NCBI RefSeq assembly: GCF_000142905.1
Contig: NW_013657618.1
Span: 124,001 to 188,000 of the forward strand
DNA: 64,000 nucleotides
Direction of reading: 5' to 3'
DNA from: Thecamonas trahens ATCC 50062
Taxonomy: Eukaryota; Protista; Apusomonadida
A program made the translations under genes and the position numbers. The notes beneath the pieces were generated by a model. The model ran no database searches. It was given only the letters and a program-made list of their open reading frames with translations, and was not told where the DNA came from. Position 1 is the first letter of the stretch, and each line of letters opens with the position of its first letter. Shown one piece after another: positions 36,931 through 46,938 of the stretch.

Positions 36931-38301
36931 CTACTCGTCGTCGTCGTCGTCGCCGCCGCCGCGGTTGCGCATGATCATGGAGGCGACAAAGGCCGTGCCG
37001 GAGATGGCAAAGAGCGAGTGGTAGCCGGTGTGAAGTGCGCGGACAAACCAGCCGCGGAACCAGGTGGTGAGGCCTTCCTGGGCCATGCGGGCGCGCATGA
37101 CGGTCATGACGCTTTCGGACGACGAGGTGGCGCCCTGGATGACCGGGAGCAGGCGGTCGACAGGCATGGTGACCGAGACGGAGAGGACGCCGCCGAGGAA
37201 TGTGATCATGCCGGACTCGGCATGGGTGAAGGGAGTGCCGTCCTCCTTGGCGAAGAACTTCTTGAGATAGAGGATGAGGGCAAAGCGCGAGCCCCAGTCG
37301 AGGGTCCGCTTGGCGACGCAGGCGGCCATGCCGGGCATGATGGCGCCGCGGATGAAGCCCTTGGCACGGACGTCCTCGTTCATGACGCGGAACGAGAACT
37401 TGATCTCCTCCATTGGGCCCATGGGCGGGCGCGAGACGAGGGCCTTGTTGACCCGGGTCCGGGCGAGGAGGAGCGGCGAGATGAAGACACCCTGGGTGGC
37501 ACCGGCGAGCGCGCCGGCCACCAGCTCGCCCTGATCCTTGGAGAGGAACGAGACATTGTCAAAGACGTTGTTGTAGAAGGTCTTGGCAAAGAGCAGGACG
37601 GCGCCCTTGGTGACACCGAGGACAACGCCCCAGGGAAGGAGGCCGGCCTCAAAGCCGATGATCTTGTCGGCGATGTTGCCCTTGAGCAGCTGGCGGACGA
37701 GGACCGGGTACGGGTTGGACGTCCGCTGCTTCTCCATCTTGAGGTTCTCGAGGAACAGGCCACCGGTGACCATCTCGGCTGCGTGAGCGGGTTAATGGGT
37801 GATCATGATGGCGGACGATGATGGTCATCCCGATGGCGTGCGGGGCGATGATCGACAGAGAACGTTGGTCGTCGAACAATTACCACCATCCGCAGCGGGT
37901 GAGGCCGTGGCGGGGCATCCATGGGCGTAGCGGGAGAAAGGGGCCAGGGAATGGGATGAAAATAACATTAGCATGGAGATGAGTAAGTGATCATGACTAG
38001 TACCAAATATGGAAGCAAGTGGGCAGGTATTGCGTGTAGGGGAGGGCAAGAGGTGCAACGGCAAGGTGTGTGGTGGGCGGCAGGGTGGCTGCGGTTGGTG
38101 GCCGACGGACAGCAACGTACCGATGACCATTCCAGCGCCAATGGTGGCATTGAGCAGTGGCGAAGCACCGGCGACAGCAGCGGCATGAGCGACCGGACGG
38201 CGGTACGAATCAGAGCCCTGACTCGGAGCAGCAGTGCCCGCAAGGTTAGACATGGTCTGAGGAGGGCCCACACGCATCATCTCTTGCACAGTGCTCAGCA
38301 T
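36931..38301 (-). CDS. Mitochondrial carrier, YHM2-like citrate/oxoglutarate carrier; exons 38301-38121 and 37778-36931
   Basis: The phase-matched intron (ATC G|gtacgt...cag|CC GAG) gives LLNATIGAGMVIAEMVTGG. GLLPWG..TKGAVLLF is Yhm2-like, and three degenerate carrier repeats are present. Confidence 0.75.
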
Positions 38302-38739
38302 GATGCCTAAGGAGCGAGGCAGTGACGTGGACCGCTCTGAGTCTCTCTCTCCTCCTCCTCGCCGTTCGCCGCAAGGAGCATCGCTTGGCGCCATCAATAT
38401 TAATGGTACCGCCATCGATTAATCTCAGTCGTCCTCGAACCAAATTTTTTGGTTTTCGCCGTCGTAGGTTGTCTTGGGCGGACATTCTCTGCCCGAGACC
38501 GGGCGTAGGGATGTGGAAGCCGGAATACAAGGGATCGATGGATGGGAGGCAGAAGAGAGGCAGTGCGAGAATGATTAGGTGTCTGGAACCATGAAGAGGG
38601 GGAGGATATGGTGTGTGGCGGGCGTAGAAGGACGGCGAGGGTCTGGCTCTGCACGAGCACGTGGTCTTGCCGGCAGCCTTGCGGGCGCTGCTCAGCACAT
38701 CAGAATCTGGGCTGAGATTGTTGCCAGTTGCGGACGATA

Positions 38740-39050
38740 GTCAATTGTGATCACGACAACGATCACGATTATGGTCACCATCACGATTATGACCACGATC
38801 ACGATTGTGGTCACCATCACGATTACGACAACGATCACGATTGTGGTCACCATCACGATTATGACCACGATCTCGATTATGACCACGATCACGATTATGA
38901 CCGCGATCACGATTATGACCGCGATTATGACCACGATTGTCCTCGATTATGATCACGATTGTGGTCACGACAACGACCACGTTTGTAGTCACAATCACGA
39001 TTACCACCGATTGCGACCACGATCACGATCACGATTACGACCACGATCAC
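38740..39050. repeat. Degenerate hexamer satellite (cacgat/tatgac)
   Basis: Repeated cacgat, tatgac and tgtggt units between the divergent carrier and ATG12 genes. Confidence 0.9.
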
Positions 39051-39299
39051 CTACCCCTCGCCCCCACCACGCCAGACGACCTCCGTCCGTCCCGTGAGCT
39101 GTACCCCCCCCCTCCCCCCCCCTCCCCCCCCCTCCCCACCACCAACCACGATGACGACCACCTGACTCCCCCCCCTCCTTGTGTCCCCCCCGTACCCCCC
39201 TGCCCCCCTGCACCCCACACATTGTACCGTGTGCGTGTGCTTGACTGTGTGTGCTTGACTGTGTGTGGCTGTGCGTGTGTGTGTGTGTGTGTGTGGGGC

Positions 39300-40165
39300 A
39301 TGGCTTCCACAGGTCCTGCCGAAGGCATTGTGCCCCAGACACGGAGCATCACAGGTACGGACAAAGGAGAAGGGGGGAGGGGGGTAGGGAAGGGGGGGGG
39401 GGGGACTCACGGAGATGAGGATGTGTGGGACATGGATCAAACTGGACGGGCACTCTCTCGGTGGGACATGGATCAAACTGGACGGGCACTCTTTCGGTGG
39501 GACATGGATCAAACTGGACGGGCACTCTTTCGGTGGGACATGGATCAAACTGGACGGGCACTCTTTCGGTGGGACATGGATCAAACTGGACGGGCACTCT
39601 TTCGGTGGGACATGGATCAAACTGGACGGGCACTCTTTCGGTGGGACATGGATCAAACTGGACGGACACTCTCTCGGTGGGACATGGATCAAACTGGACG
39701 GGCACTCTTTCGGTGGGACATGGATCAAACTGGACGGGCACTCTTTCGGTGGGACATGGATCAAACTGGACGGGCACTCTCTCGGTGGGACATGGATCAA
39801 ACTGGACGGGCACTCTCTCGGTGGGACATGGATCAAACTGGACGGGCACTCTCTCGGTGGGACATATCTCGGTGGAACATGGATTGGGGCGGATCTCAGA
39901 CGACAAGGTGGTGATCAAGCTCAAGGCTGTCGGCTCAGCAAAGCTTCTCAAGCGCGACAAGTTCAAGGTCTCGGCGAGCAATGCATTCTCACACGTCGTC
40001 GCCTTTCTCCGCAAGCAGCTGCATCTCGCGCCGGCCGACGCTCTGTTTGTATACGTTGACAAGTTTGCGCCGCCGCCTGATGCCAACGTCGGCAAGCTGT
40101 TCCTCGCCTACGGTGACGTCAAGTACCTCGTCATCCACTACTGCAACAACCCCGCGTTTGGCTGA
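39300..40165 (+). CDS. ATG12: Ubiquitin-like autophagy protein ATG12; exons 39300-39354 and 39900-40165
   Basis: KVVIKLKAVG, FLRKQL, LFVYV, FAPPPD and LVIHYCNNPAFG* with terminal Gly. The intron G|gtacgg...cag|AC is phase-consistent. Confidence 0.92.
39424..39864. repeat. 36-bp minisatellite (gtgggacatggatcaaactggacgggcactctytcg) x12 in the ATG12 intron
   Basis: Head-to-tail near-identical copies with no spacers. Confidence 0.97.
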
Positions 40166-40166
40166 T

Positions 40167-41246
40167 TCATTGAACGGATAGCACATGGTACTTGGGCAGC
40201 CGCACCTCGTCCGACGCCACATGCGACGGCGACAGGCCAAGGAGGCCCACGCGGAGCCACCTGTCAATGAGGCCCCCCATCGCCTCGTCCTCGCAGTAGT
40301 TGGCGCTGCCGCGCGCGTGATGCAGCCAGTGGTACCGCCCGTCCACGCCCCACGGCAGCCACCACGGCGCAACATCGGCCGGAATGTACAGCCCAGAGTG
40401 GTTGATCGCCGCCTGTACGTAGTTGGCCGCATACACCAACGTCACAGCCACCGGCGGAACAACTGGAAGAAATGCTAGCACGCCGATGCGAAAGACAAGT
40501 CCCTCTACCACCACCCGCTCCACCCAGTGGTCGTCGATCGTCGCCGCGCACCATTGCGTGAGCGGAAGATGGTGGGTCTTGTGGACCCAGACGTACATCT
40601 GCTTCCACGCGTGCATGCCCTCGTGCACCAGCGAGGCAAGCCCGTCATTCACCATTGCCACCACATACACCACCCCCACTACCACCGCCCATCCCACAGC
40701 TTCATCCAGCACGCTCAGCAACCCGACCACCTCAACCCCACCCGCCATCGCCGCCGCCGTCGCCGTCTGCCCGTCCCAGCATTCGTCCAGCGCGCACCCG
40801 GCCAGCCTTCCCACCACCACTGTGGCATTGCGCCCGAGGCCAGCCAGCGCACACGCTGCCGATCCATCCGGCGGAACCTTGGCAATGGTCTTCTCCATGG
40901 CCAGAGCCCAGAGCGCCGAGGCCGAGACCGCGCGCGTCATGGTCTCGCTCGCCAGAGCCCTCCAGGCGACCATCAGCGGAGCCTCCAGGAGCACCACATC
41001 GGCAACAACCGCCGGCAGTGGGCCGAGATACAGCGACCATCTGGGAGTTGTCGATGTCAACCGATACCGAGCCCATCGTCCGTCCATGTCCACTACCGCC
41101 AGCACCAGCACTGTCGCCAGGTACGCCAAACACGGTCCGCCCGAGACAGCTGCCACAAAAGACGCCGAGCTCAACACGCTCTCGCTCCCACACCCGGCGA
41201 CCACACACACAGCCAGCACCACACCAACCACTACGTTCTCGAGCAT
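40167..41246 (-). CDS. Fatty acid hydroxylase / sterol desaturase superfamily membrane protein
   Basis: His boxes HEGMH, HKTHH, NHSG and HWLHH..NY, with several hydrophobic segments. The start is uncertain. Confidence 0.8.
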   Translation of the reverse strand: MLENVVVGVVLAVCVVAGCGSESVLSSASFVAAVSGGPCLAYLATVLVLAVVDMDGRWARYRLTSTTPRWSLYLGPLPAVVADVVLLEAPLMVAWRALASETMTRAVSASALWALAMEKTIAKVPPDGSAACALAGLGRNATVVVGRLAGCALDECWDGQTATAAAMAGGVEVVGLLSVLDEAVGWAVVVGVVYVVAMVNDGLASLVHEGMHAWKQMYVWVHKTHHLPLTQWCAATIDDHWVERVVVEGLVFRIGVLAFLPVVPPVAVTLVYAANYVQAAINHSGLYIPADVAPWWLPWGVDGRYHWLHHARGSANYCEDEAMGGLIDRWLRVGLLGLSPSHVASDEVRLPKYHVLSVQ

Positions 41247-41816
41247 TGTCAGTCAGTCAAGTCTAACCCTCTTTCTGTCGTCTTCTCAGCTTCCTCTCCC
41301 CGCCAGCGGCTTGCAAAGCCACCTCTCGCTGCCGAGCCTCTCATCGCTGATTCGACCCGGTCCATGGCCACTGCCCAATTTGGCAGCTCGCTCTCCCGAG
41401 ACCACAAGCATGCCACGTGCATCCGGACCTCTTCTCCCCACTCCCCTCCCTTACACCAATGGCCTCCACCGATGATGACTCTGCGGGCTGATACTCGTCG
41501 TGGTCCTGCCCGCAGTGCCATCGATCACCCTTATGCCCGCCCCGCCCCGTCTCCTCTCACCTCACCCTGCCATGAGAACCGCATTGGTAGCACATCGCGG
41601 CGGCTGGCACGGCGACCCGTGTGCACATGGGCGCCCATCGCAAACTCGCGCACACCCGAGATCAAGGTCGTCGACGTCGCGCACCGTTATCACGAGGGTG
41701 TGGATAGGTGGCTTCCTGCCCCTCTCGAGCCTGCCGTGTCAACGCCATCGGACGACCTCCTCCAGCCCTTGATCACACCTCTCTCTCCCGCTCTCCCGCT
41801 CTCCCGCTCTGCCACC

Positions 41817-42836
41817 ATGGATCGCCTCCCGGCCGAGCTCATCCATCGCATCGCCTACGCGAGCTCGGATGCCAAGACTGTTGTCGCCCTCGCTACCACC
41901 TGCCGCTCCTTTCACGCCATTCTCCTTGGCTCGCCGTATCTCCGTAACAAAGCCGCTGCGCTCATGGGCGCGTGTAGATGCGGGCGACTGGGGCTCTATT
42001 CCGCCGCCGCCCGCGCCCTCCGTCACATCGATGGTTCGCCCGACTCGGCGGCAACGCTCATCGCCGAGTGCATCTCGGAGCGAGGCCCCATCGATCCGGG
42101 CTGGCTCGACCTTGTCGCCGCCGCCGCCGACCTCTTTGCCTCTGGCCCTGCCGTCTCGGAGCGGAGCTTCTCGTTCCTTGTCCTGGAGATGATGAGCTGG
42201 GGCATCGAGTCCGAGGTGAGCACCATCGTTACGGCCATGACGCCGCATCTTGTTCCCCAGACCGCCTACAACCTTCTCCTCACCGCCGCCAGCCTGGGCT
42301 CTCCCAGCGGCATCTATGCTACGCTTCCTCTGGCTGCTCTCCCGGCCGCCGGCGACGATGCGGGCGACGAGCGGATGCTGGTCTCGCGTAAGCAACTCGA
42401 GATGGCGCTACGGGTGGCGGCGGAGGGCTCGTCGGAGGAGGTTGCGCTGGTCTTGCTGGATGCTTGCCTTCTCACGCTCTCACCCGCAGAGTGTACGCGG
42501 GTGCTGGCGGCGGCGGCTGGGTCGGACATGTCGGAGGTCGTCGCCATTCTGCTAGAGGACGGGAGGGCGGACCCGACGTACATCGACAGCGCACCACTGC
42601 AGGTGGCGGCCGAACGCGGCTTTGTCGAGATTGTGGATTTGTTTCTGGCAGACTGTCGGGCTGACCCGGCGGCGGACGAGTCGGCGTCGCTGCGGTGGGC
42701 GACGCGGCGTGGGCACGTTGCTGTTGTCGCCGCCCTCATTGCCGACGGTCGGGTAGACGTCGGCGCGCGCAACGGAGAGGCGCTTGCGTCTGCGATTGAG
42801 CTCGGTAACACAGAGCTCATCGATCTCCTCACCTGA
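41817..42836 (+). CDS. F-box-like + ankyrin-repeat protein
   Basis: gccaccATG start. MDRLPAELIHRIA..LATTCRSFH is F-box-like. Ankyrin repeats: LQVAAERGFVEIVDLFL, LRWATRRGHVAVVAALI and LASAIELGNTELIDLL. Confidence 0.85.
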   Translation: MDRLPAELIHRIAYASSDAKTVVALATTCRSFHAILLGSPYLRNKAAALMGACRCGRLGLYSAAARALRHIDGSPDSAATLIAECISERGPIDPGWLDLVAAAADLFASGPAVSERSFSFLVLEMMSWGIESEVSTIVTAMTPHLVPQTAYNLLLTAASLGSPSGIYATLPLAALPAAGDDAGDERMLVSRKQLEMALRVAAEGSSEEVALVLLDACLLTLSPAECTRVLAAAAGSDMSEVVAILLEDGRADPTYIDSAPLQVAAERGFVEIVDLFLADCRADPAADESASLRWATRRGHVAVVAALIADGRVDVGARNGEALASAIELGNTELIDLLT

Positions 42837-42850
42837 GCTGCAATCTGCAT

Positions 42851-45800
42851 TTACTCGGCATGGGCCTGGACGGTGGCGACCCGGAAGGCGTCGCCAGAGA
42901 GGGCGACGTACATGCGCTGGCCGAGGGCGAGGCCGCCCTCCCACGGCAGGGCCTTGCGCTGGCGGATGATAAACTCGCGGGTGGCGGCGACAGCCTTGGC
43001 GCCGTTGTCCTCAAACACGGCGAGGACCGGGTCTCGGAGCGCGGTTGGCACGAGTCCGACCTCAGCAACGAGGACGTCGTCGAGGAGTGCCGCCATACCA
43101 TCGGCGTCGCCCATCTTGTACAGCAGTGACGCCGCGAGCGCCACGTCGGCCTCGAGCTGGGAAAACGCAGCGAGAAAAGCGAGCGCCTGGGCCTCGAGCA
43201 CGGCGCCTTGCGCATTGAGCTCAGCGGCGCGGGCCATGAGGCCCGGTCGCATGCTGCGCGACCCGCCGCTGTTCGCGGTGTAAGCGGCGCGGGCTTCAAA
43301 GGCCTGCGCGTTGACCGCATCGAGCTTGCGGAAGAGCTTGCGGCACTTTTTGACAACCGCCGCAAAGGTGGTGGCCGCGGCGCTGACGTACGACAGCTGC
43401 GCGAGGCGGGCATCGGCAAAGAGGGCCTCGGCGGCGCGGGCCCAGAGGCACGGCAGGAGGAGCTGGACGAGGAGCGCCGGCGAGAGATGCTCCAGAAAAG
43501 CCAGCGCGTGCTCGGCCTGCTTCTCGCAGTCAAAGAGCGGCTCTTGCTCCCACATTGGTGCCGGCTGCGCCTTGTCCCACAGCCGCAGCCAGAGGTTGTC
43601 GCCGGCGTCACCGGCAAAGCGGACCGAGAGCGAACGGCTCTCCTCGTCAAAGTCGCGCGGCGAGTGCCATCGGACAAAGTCCTCCACCACTGCACCCGGG
43701 TTTGCCGCCTTGAAGCCACACATGTCTGCATACAGTGACGCTGACTGCATCTCGGCCCGCTGATCAGCAGCCTTGGGCGAAGTTCCGAGCTGGAACAGCA
43801 GCTCCTCGAGCTCCTCCATCAGGTCCTCGGTCATAAAGTTGTGCACCGGTGCGAGCGGGACGTAGATGGCGGCATCGCCCGAGCCCGGCGCCGCGTGCAG
43901 CAACTCGCGCCGCGGCTCCATCGGCCACAGCGCGCCACGGCGAACAGCCGGCATGGGTGTGTCGGACGCGTCAAAGAACCCATCGCCGTCCGAGTCGGCA
44001 CTGTCCCTGGCCCCGGCGTCAAGCGCGGCTGCAGAGGCGTTACCCTCAACAGAATACTCGACCGGGACCTCGTACTCGATGCCAGCAGTGTCGGCAAGGT
44101 GTGCGTAGAACTTGCGGGTGAGGATGGCAATGGCAACCATCTCAGTCTTCTGGGCGAGGACCGAGGCGCGGGTCTCGATGTGGAGGTTGGGCGGAAAGAG
44201 CGAGACCTGGACGTGGCCGCGGGCGGCGGCGGCGGCAGCTTGCGGAGTGGAGAACACGTCGTGGCGACAGAATGAGGGGAGGGCCGGGAGCCGCGGCATG
44301 CCCGGCAGCGGCTCGTCGGCCTCCCACGCGCGGCGAAGCTCGGCGGCAAACGCCTCCCAGACCATGGCCACACCCTTAACGCCGTAGTCGAGGACCGCGC
44401 CGGCAAGGTCGGCGACGAGCGAGCCGCGCGGGGCAGCCTTGAACGTCCCGGTGCCACACAGCGCCTCCAGAGGCGGCGGCAGTGGCGGGTCTGGCGACTG
44501 AGGCGCAACATTGGGCCGGTGCTGGAAAAGAGTCCGCATCAGCGAGCCGAGCTCGATCTGCGACGGGACGGTCGAAGGTGAGACGAGCTGCGAGGAGGAG
44601 GCACCGGCCATGGCAACAATGCGGTTGATGAGCGGTTTGGGCGTCCGGCGTGCGGCGGCAATAGCTGGCGGCGGCGGCGGCAGCAGCTCGGCAAGGGTGA
44701 GCACGGTCTGCGCGTCACGGAACGTGAGGAGCGCACCGTGGAGCGCGGCGGTCAGCCCACCGTCACTCTCGCGCGCTCGCTCCAGACGCAGCGTCCACAT
44801 CGGCGCCGCGCGCGGCTGGAGGTCCGAGTACCTCTCCGAGTCGACAAAGGTGTCGTGCGGAAACTGCGGCCAGGTGGTGAAGAGGTAGACGCCGAGGAGC
44901 GGGTCGGTGCCCGGCCCCCATAGCTGGAGCGAGGGCGCACCGTCGCCCCAGCCGCAGCGCCCAGGCACCGCAGCGCCGGGAGCGACCGCACGCTTGGCCC
45001 GCCACGCCACCCACTCTGGGCCACGCACAAACGTGTACTGGATCGAGACAAGCGGGGCCGAGGCGTCGTCGCCGGCGGCACCCGGCGGGCGCGGCGGACG
45101 CGGGACGTTGGGCGGGAGGTGGCGCTGGGCAAAGAGCGCACCAAAAGCAGCGAGCAGGCCATCGAGATGCTGCGCAGCCGGCGGGACGGTGGCCACCGCC
45201 GACGACTCCATGCGGAGGACGGCCGAGCCGTGGGCCATGTATCCAATGTACGCAGACTTGGCCGAGCCGTCGACGGGCACAAAGTGCGGGAGGGTACACG
45301 CAGCGTAGTCCATGGCGACTGTGAGCGCCGAGAGGAGCTCAGCAGCAAAGGCATAGTCCTTGACGGCATCATCGGGCTCGAGGACGGCAAAGTCCTTGGT
45401 CCCAAACCACCGCGTAATGTCCGGCACGCGGTATGCAAAGTCGTCGCTCGGGTCCATGTACCCAATCATGGCCCGCGGAAAGTGCTCGGCCTCGGGCGGC
45501 GGGACCGGGAGCGAGCCCGGCGGTGAGCCAAAGACCACCGAGAGCGTCAGCATCTTGCCCTTGTACTCAACCGCGCCCGACGCCGTCGTGAGCGCGTCCG
45601 AGAGCTCCGAGAAGCCAAAGAGGCCCCACTCGCGGAGCAGCGCCTCGAGCTTGGCCACCAGCTTTTCAAACGGCGAGACGGTGGTAAAGTCGACGATCTC
45701 AAACGGCTCGTCGCCCACATCGCCAGAAGCAGCCATGGGGGATGCGGCACCACCGCTGTCGTCCGCGCTGTCGGCAGTCTGCGGGTGATTGGCAAGCAAC

Positions 45801-46012
45801 TGTGACGTCGATGCCTTGTCATCATTTCCTTCATCTTTGATGGCAACAACCATCCTTTCATTCTCCTCGCTCAAGACGTCGATCATGTCGTCCGTGCCCG
45901 TCTCCACCTCCAGCGACTGTCGCATTCCTTGTGTCGCCAAAGAACCCATGGCCAGGTCGTCACCACCGCCCAGGTCGTCGGCAGCCGCCACCGCATCCGC
46001 AGGCGCAGACAT
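42851..46012 (-). CDS. RAB3GAP1: Rab3 GTPase-activating protein catalytic subunit
   Basis: FEIVDFTTVSPFEKLVAKLE..W, MTEDL, RAEMQSASLYADMCGFKAANPGAVVEDFVRWHSPRD, QEPLFDCEKQAE and REFII..QRMY. Confidence 0.92.
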   Translation of the reverse strand: MSAPADAVAAADDLGGGDDLAMGSLATQGMRQSLEVETGTDDMIDVLSEENERMVVAIKDEGNDDKASTSQLLANHPQTADSADDSGGAASPMAASGDVGDEPFEIVDFTTVSPFEKLVAKLEALLREWGLFGFSELSDALTTASGAVEYKGKMLTLSVVFGSPPGSLPVPPPEAEHFPRAMIGYMDPSDDFAYRVPDITRWFGTKDFAVLEPDDAVKDYAFAAELLSALTVAMDYAACTLPHFVPVDGSAKSAYIGYMAHGSAVLRMESSAVATVPPAAQHLDGLLAAFGALFAQRHLPPNVPRPPRPPGAAGDDASAPLVSIQYTFVRGPEWVAWRAKRAVAPGAAVPGRCGWGDGAPSLQLWGPGTDPLLGVYLFTTWPQFPHDTFVDSERYSDLQPRAAPMWTLRLERARESDGGLTAALHGALLTFRDAQTVLTLAELLPPPPPAIAAARRTPKPLINRIVAMAGASSSQLVSPSTVPSQIELGSLMRTLFQHRPNVAPQSPDPPLPPPLEALCGTGTFKAAPRGSLVADLAGAVLDYGVKGVAMVWEAFAAELRRAWEADEPLPGMPRLPALPSFCRHDVFSTPQAAAAAARGHVQVSLFPPNLHIETRASVLAQKTEMVAIAILTRKFYAHLADTAGIEYEVPVEYSVEGNASAAALDAGARDSADSDGDGFFDASDTPMPAVRRGALWPMEPRRELLHAAPGSGDAAIYVPLAPVHNFMTEDLMEELEELLFQLGTSPKAADQRAEMQSASLYADMCGFKAANPGAVVEDFVRWHSPRDFDEESRSLSVRFAGDAGDNLWLRLWDKAQPAPMWEQEPLFDCEKQAEHALAFLEHLSPALLVQLLLPCLWARAAEALFADARLAQLSYVSAAATTFAAVVKKCRKLFRKLDAVNAQAFEARAAYTANSGGSRSMRPGLMARAAELNAQGAVLEAQALAFLAAFSQLEADVALAASLLYKMGDADGMAALLDDVLVAEVGLVPTALRDPVLAVFEDNGAKAVAATREFIIRQRKALPWEGGLALGQRMYVALSGDAFRVATVQAHAE

Positions 46013-46039
46013 GTATGTATGGATATCTGTGCGTATGTA

Positions 46040-46080
<41 letters not shown>

Positions 46081-46319
46081 GTGTGTATGTGGTGGAGGAG
46101 GGAGAGGTGGTGGTGGCGGTGTTGGTATGTGTGCGTGTGTGTCGTCGTCGTGGTCGTCGTGGCCGTGCCGCGATTGACACACGTTGCGACGTTTGCGGAG
46201 CGTCCCAGAGCGAGCGTGGCTTGCGCGATGGACGTATTTGTCCATTCCGCACCGCAAAGGGATACGGGATTCACTGTGTTGGGCAGTGCCTGGCTCGGCT
46301 CGGCATCATGTACGGCATT

Positions 46320-46920
46320 ATGTACGGCATCAATGACGGCATCAACGATGGTGTAAACGACGGGGGCAACGACGGCATTCTCCTACGGCATCAGCTATAT
46401 CATCAGCTACGGCAGCATCAAAAGCGTCATCTACGACATCAGCTATATCATCAGCTACGGCAGCATCAAAAGCGTCATCTACGACATCAGCTATATCATC
46501 AGCTACGGCAGCATCAAAAGCGTCATCTACGACATCAGCTATATCATCAGCTACGGCAGCATCAAAAGCGTCATCTACGACATCAGCTATATCATCAGCT
46601 ACGGCAGCATCAAAAGCGTCATCTACGACATCAGCTATATCATCAGCTACGGCAGCATCAAAAGCGTCATCTACGACATCAGCTATATCATCAGCTACGG
46701 CAGCATCAAAAGCGTCATCTACGACATCAGCTATATCATCAGCTACGGCAGCATCAATGACGGCATCAACGATGGTGTAAACGACGGGGGCAACGACGGC
46801 ATTCTCCTACGGCATCAGCTATATCATCAGCTACGGCAGCATCAAAAGCGTCATCTACGACATCAGCTATATCATCAGCTACGGCAGCATCAAAAGCGTC
46901 ATCTACGACATCATCTACGG
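46320..46920. repeat. 48-bp minisatellite (ctacggcagcatcaaaagcgtcatctacgacatcagctatatcatcag), ~10 copies in two blocks, each preceded by the same ~55-bp leader
   Basis: Direct repeats. The leader catcaatgacggcatcaacgatggtgtaaacgacggggg occurs at ~46328 and ~46752. Confidence 0.95.
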
Positions 46921-46938
46921 CTCGCCGTTTTACTCGGA

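Noticed and set aside
39424-39864. 36-bp repeats of CRISPR-like length
   Set aside because: Units are head-to-tail with no unique spacers, there are no cas genes, and the array lies in a eukaryotic intron.
45789-46760. His/Gln-rich repeat ORF (LRHQLYHQLRQHQKRH)n
   Set aside because: Translation of the 48-bp satellite, preceded by (GT)n and overlapping RAB3GAP1 antisense.
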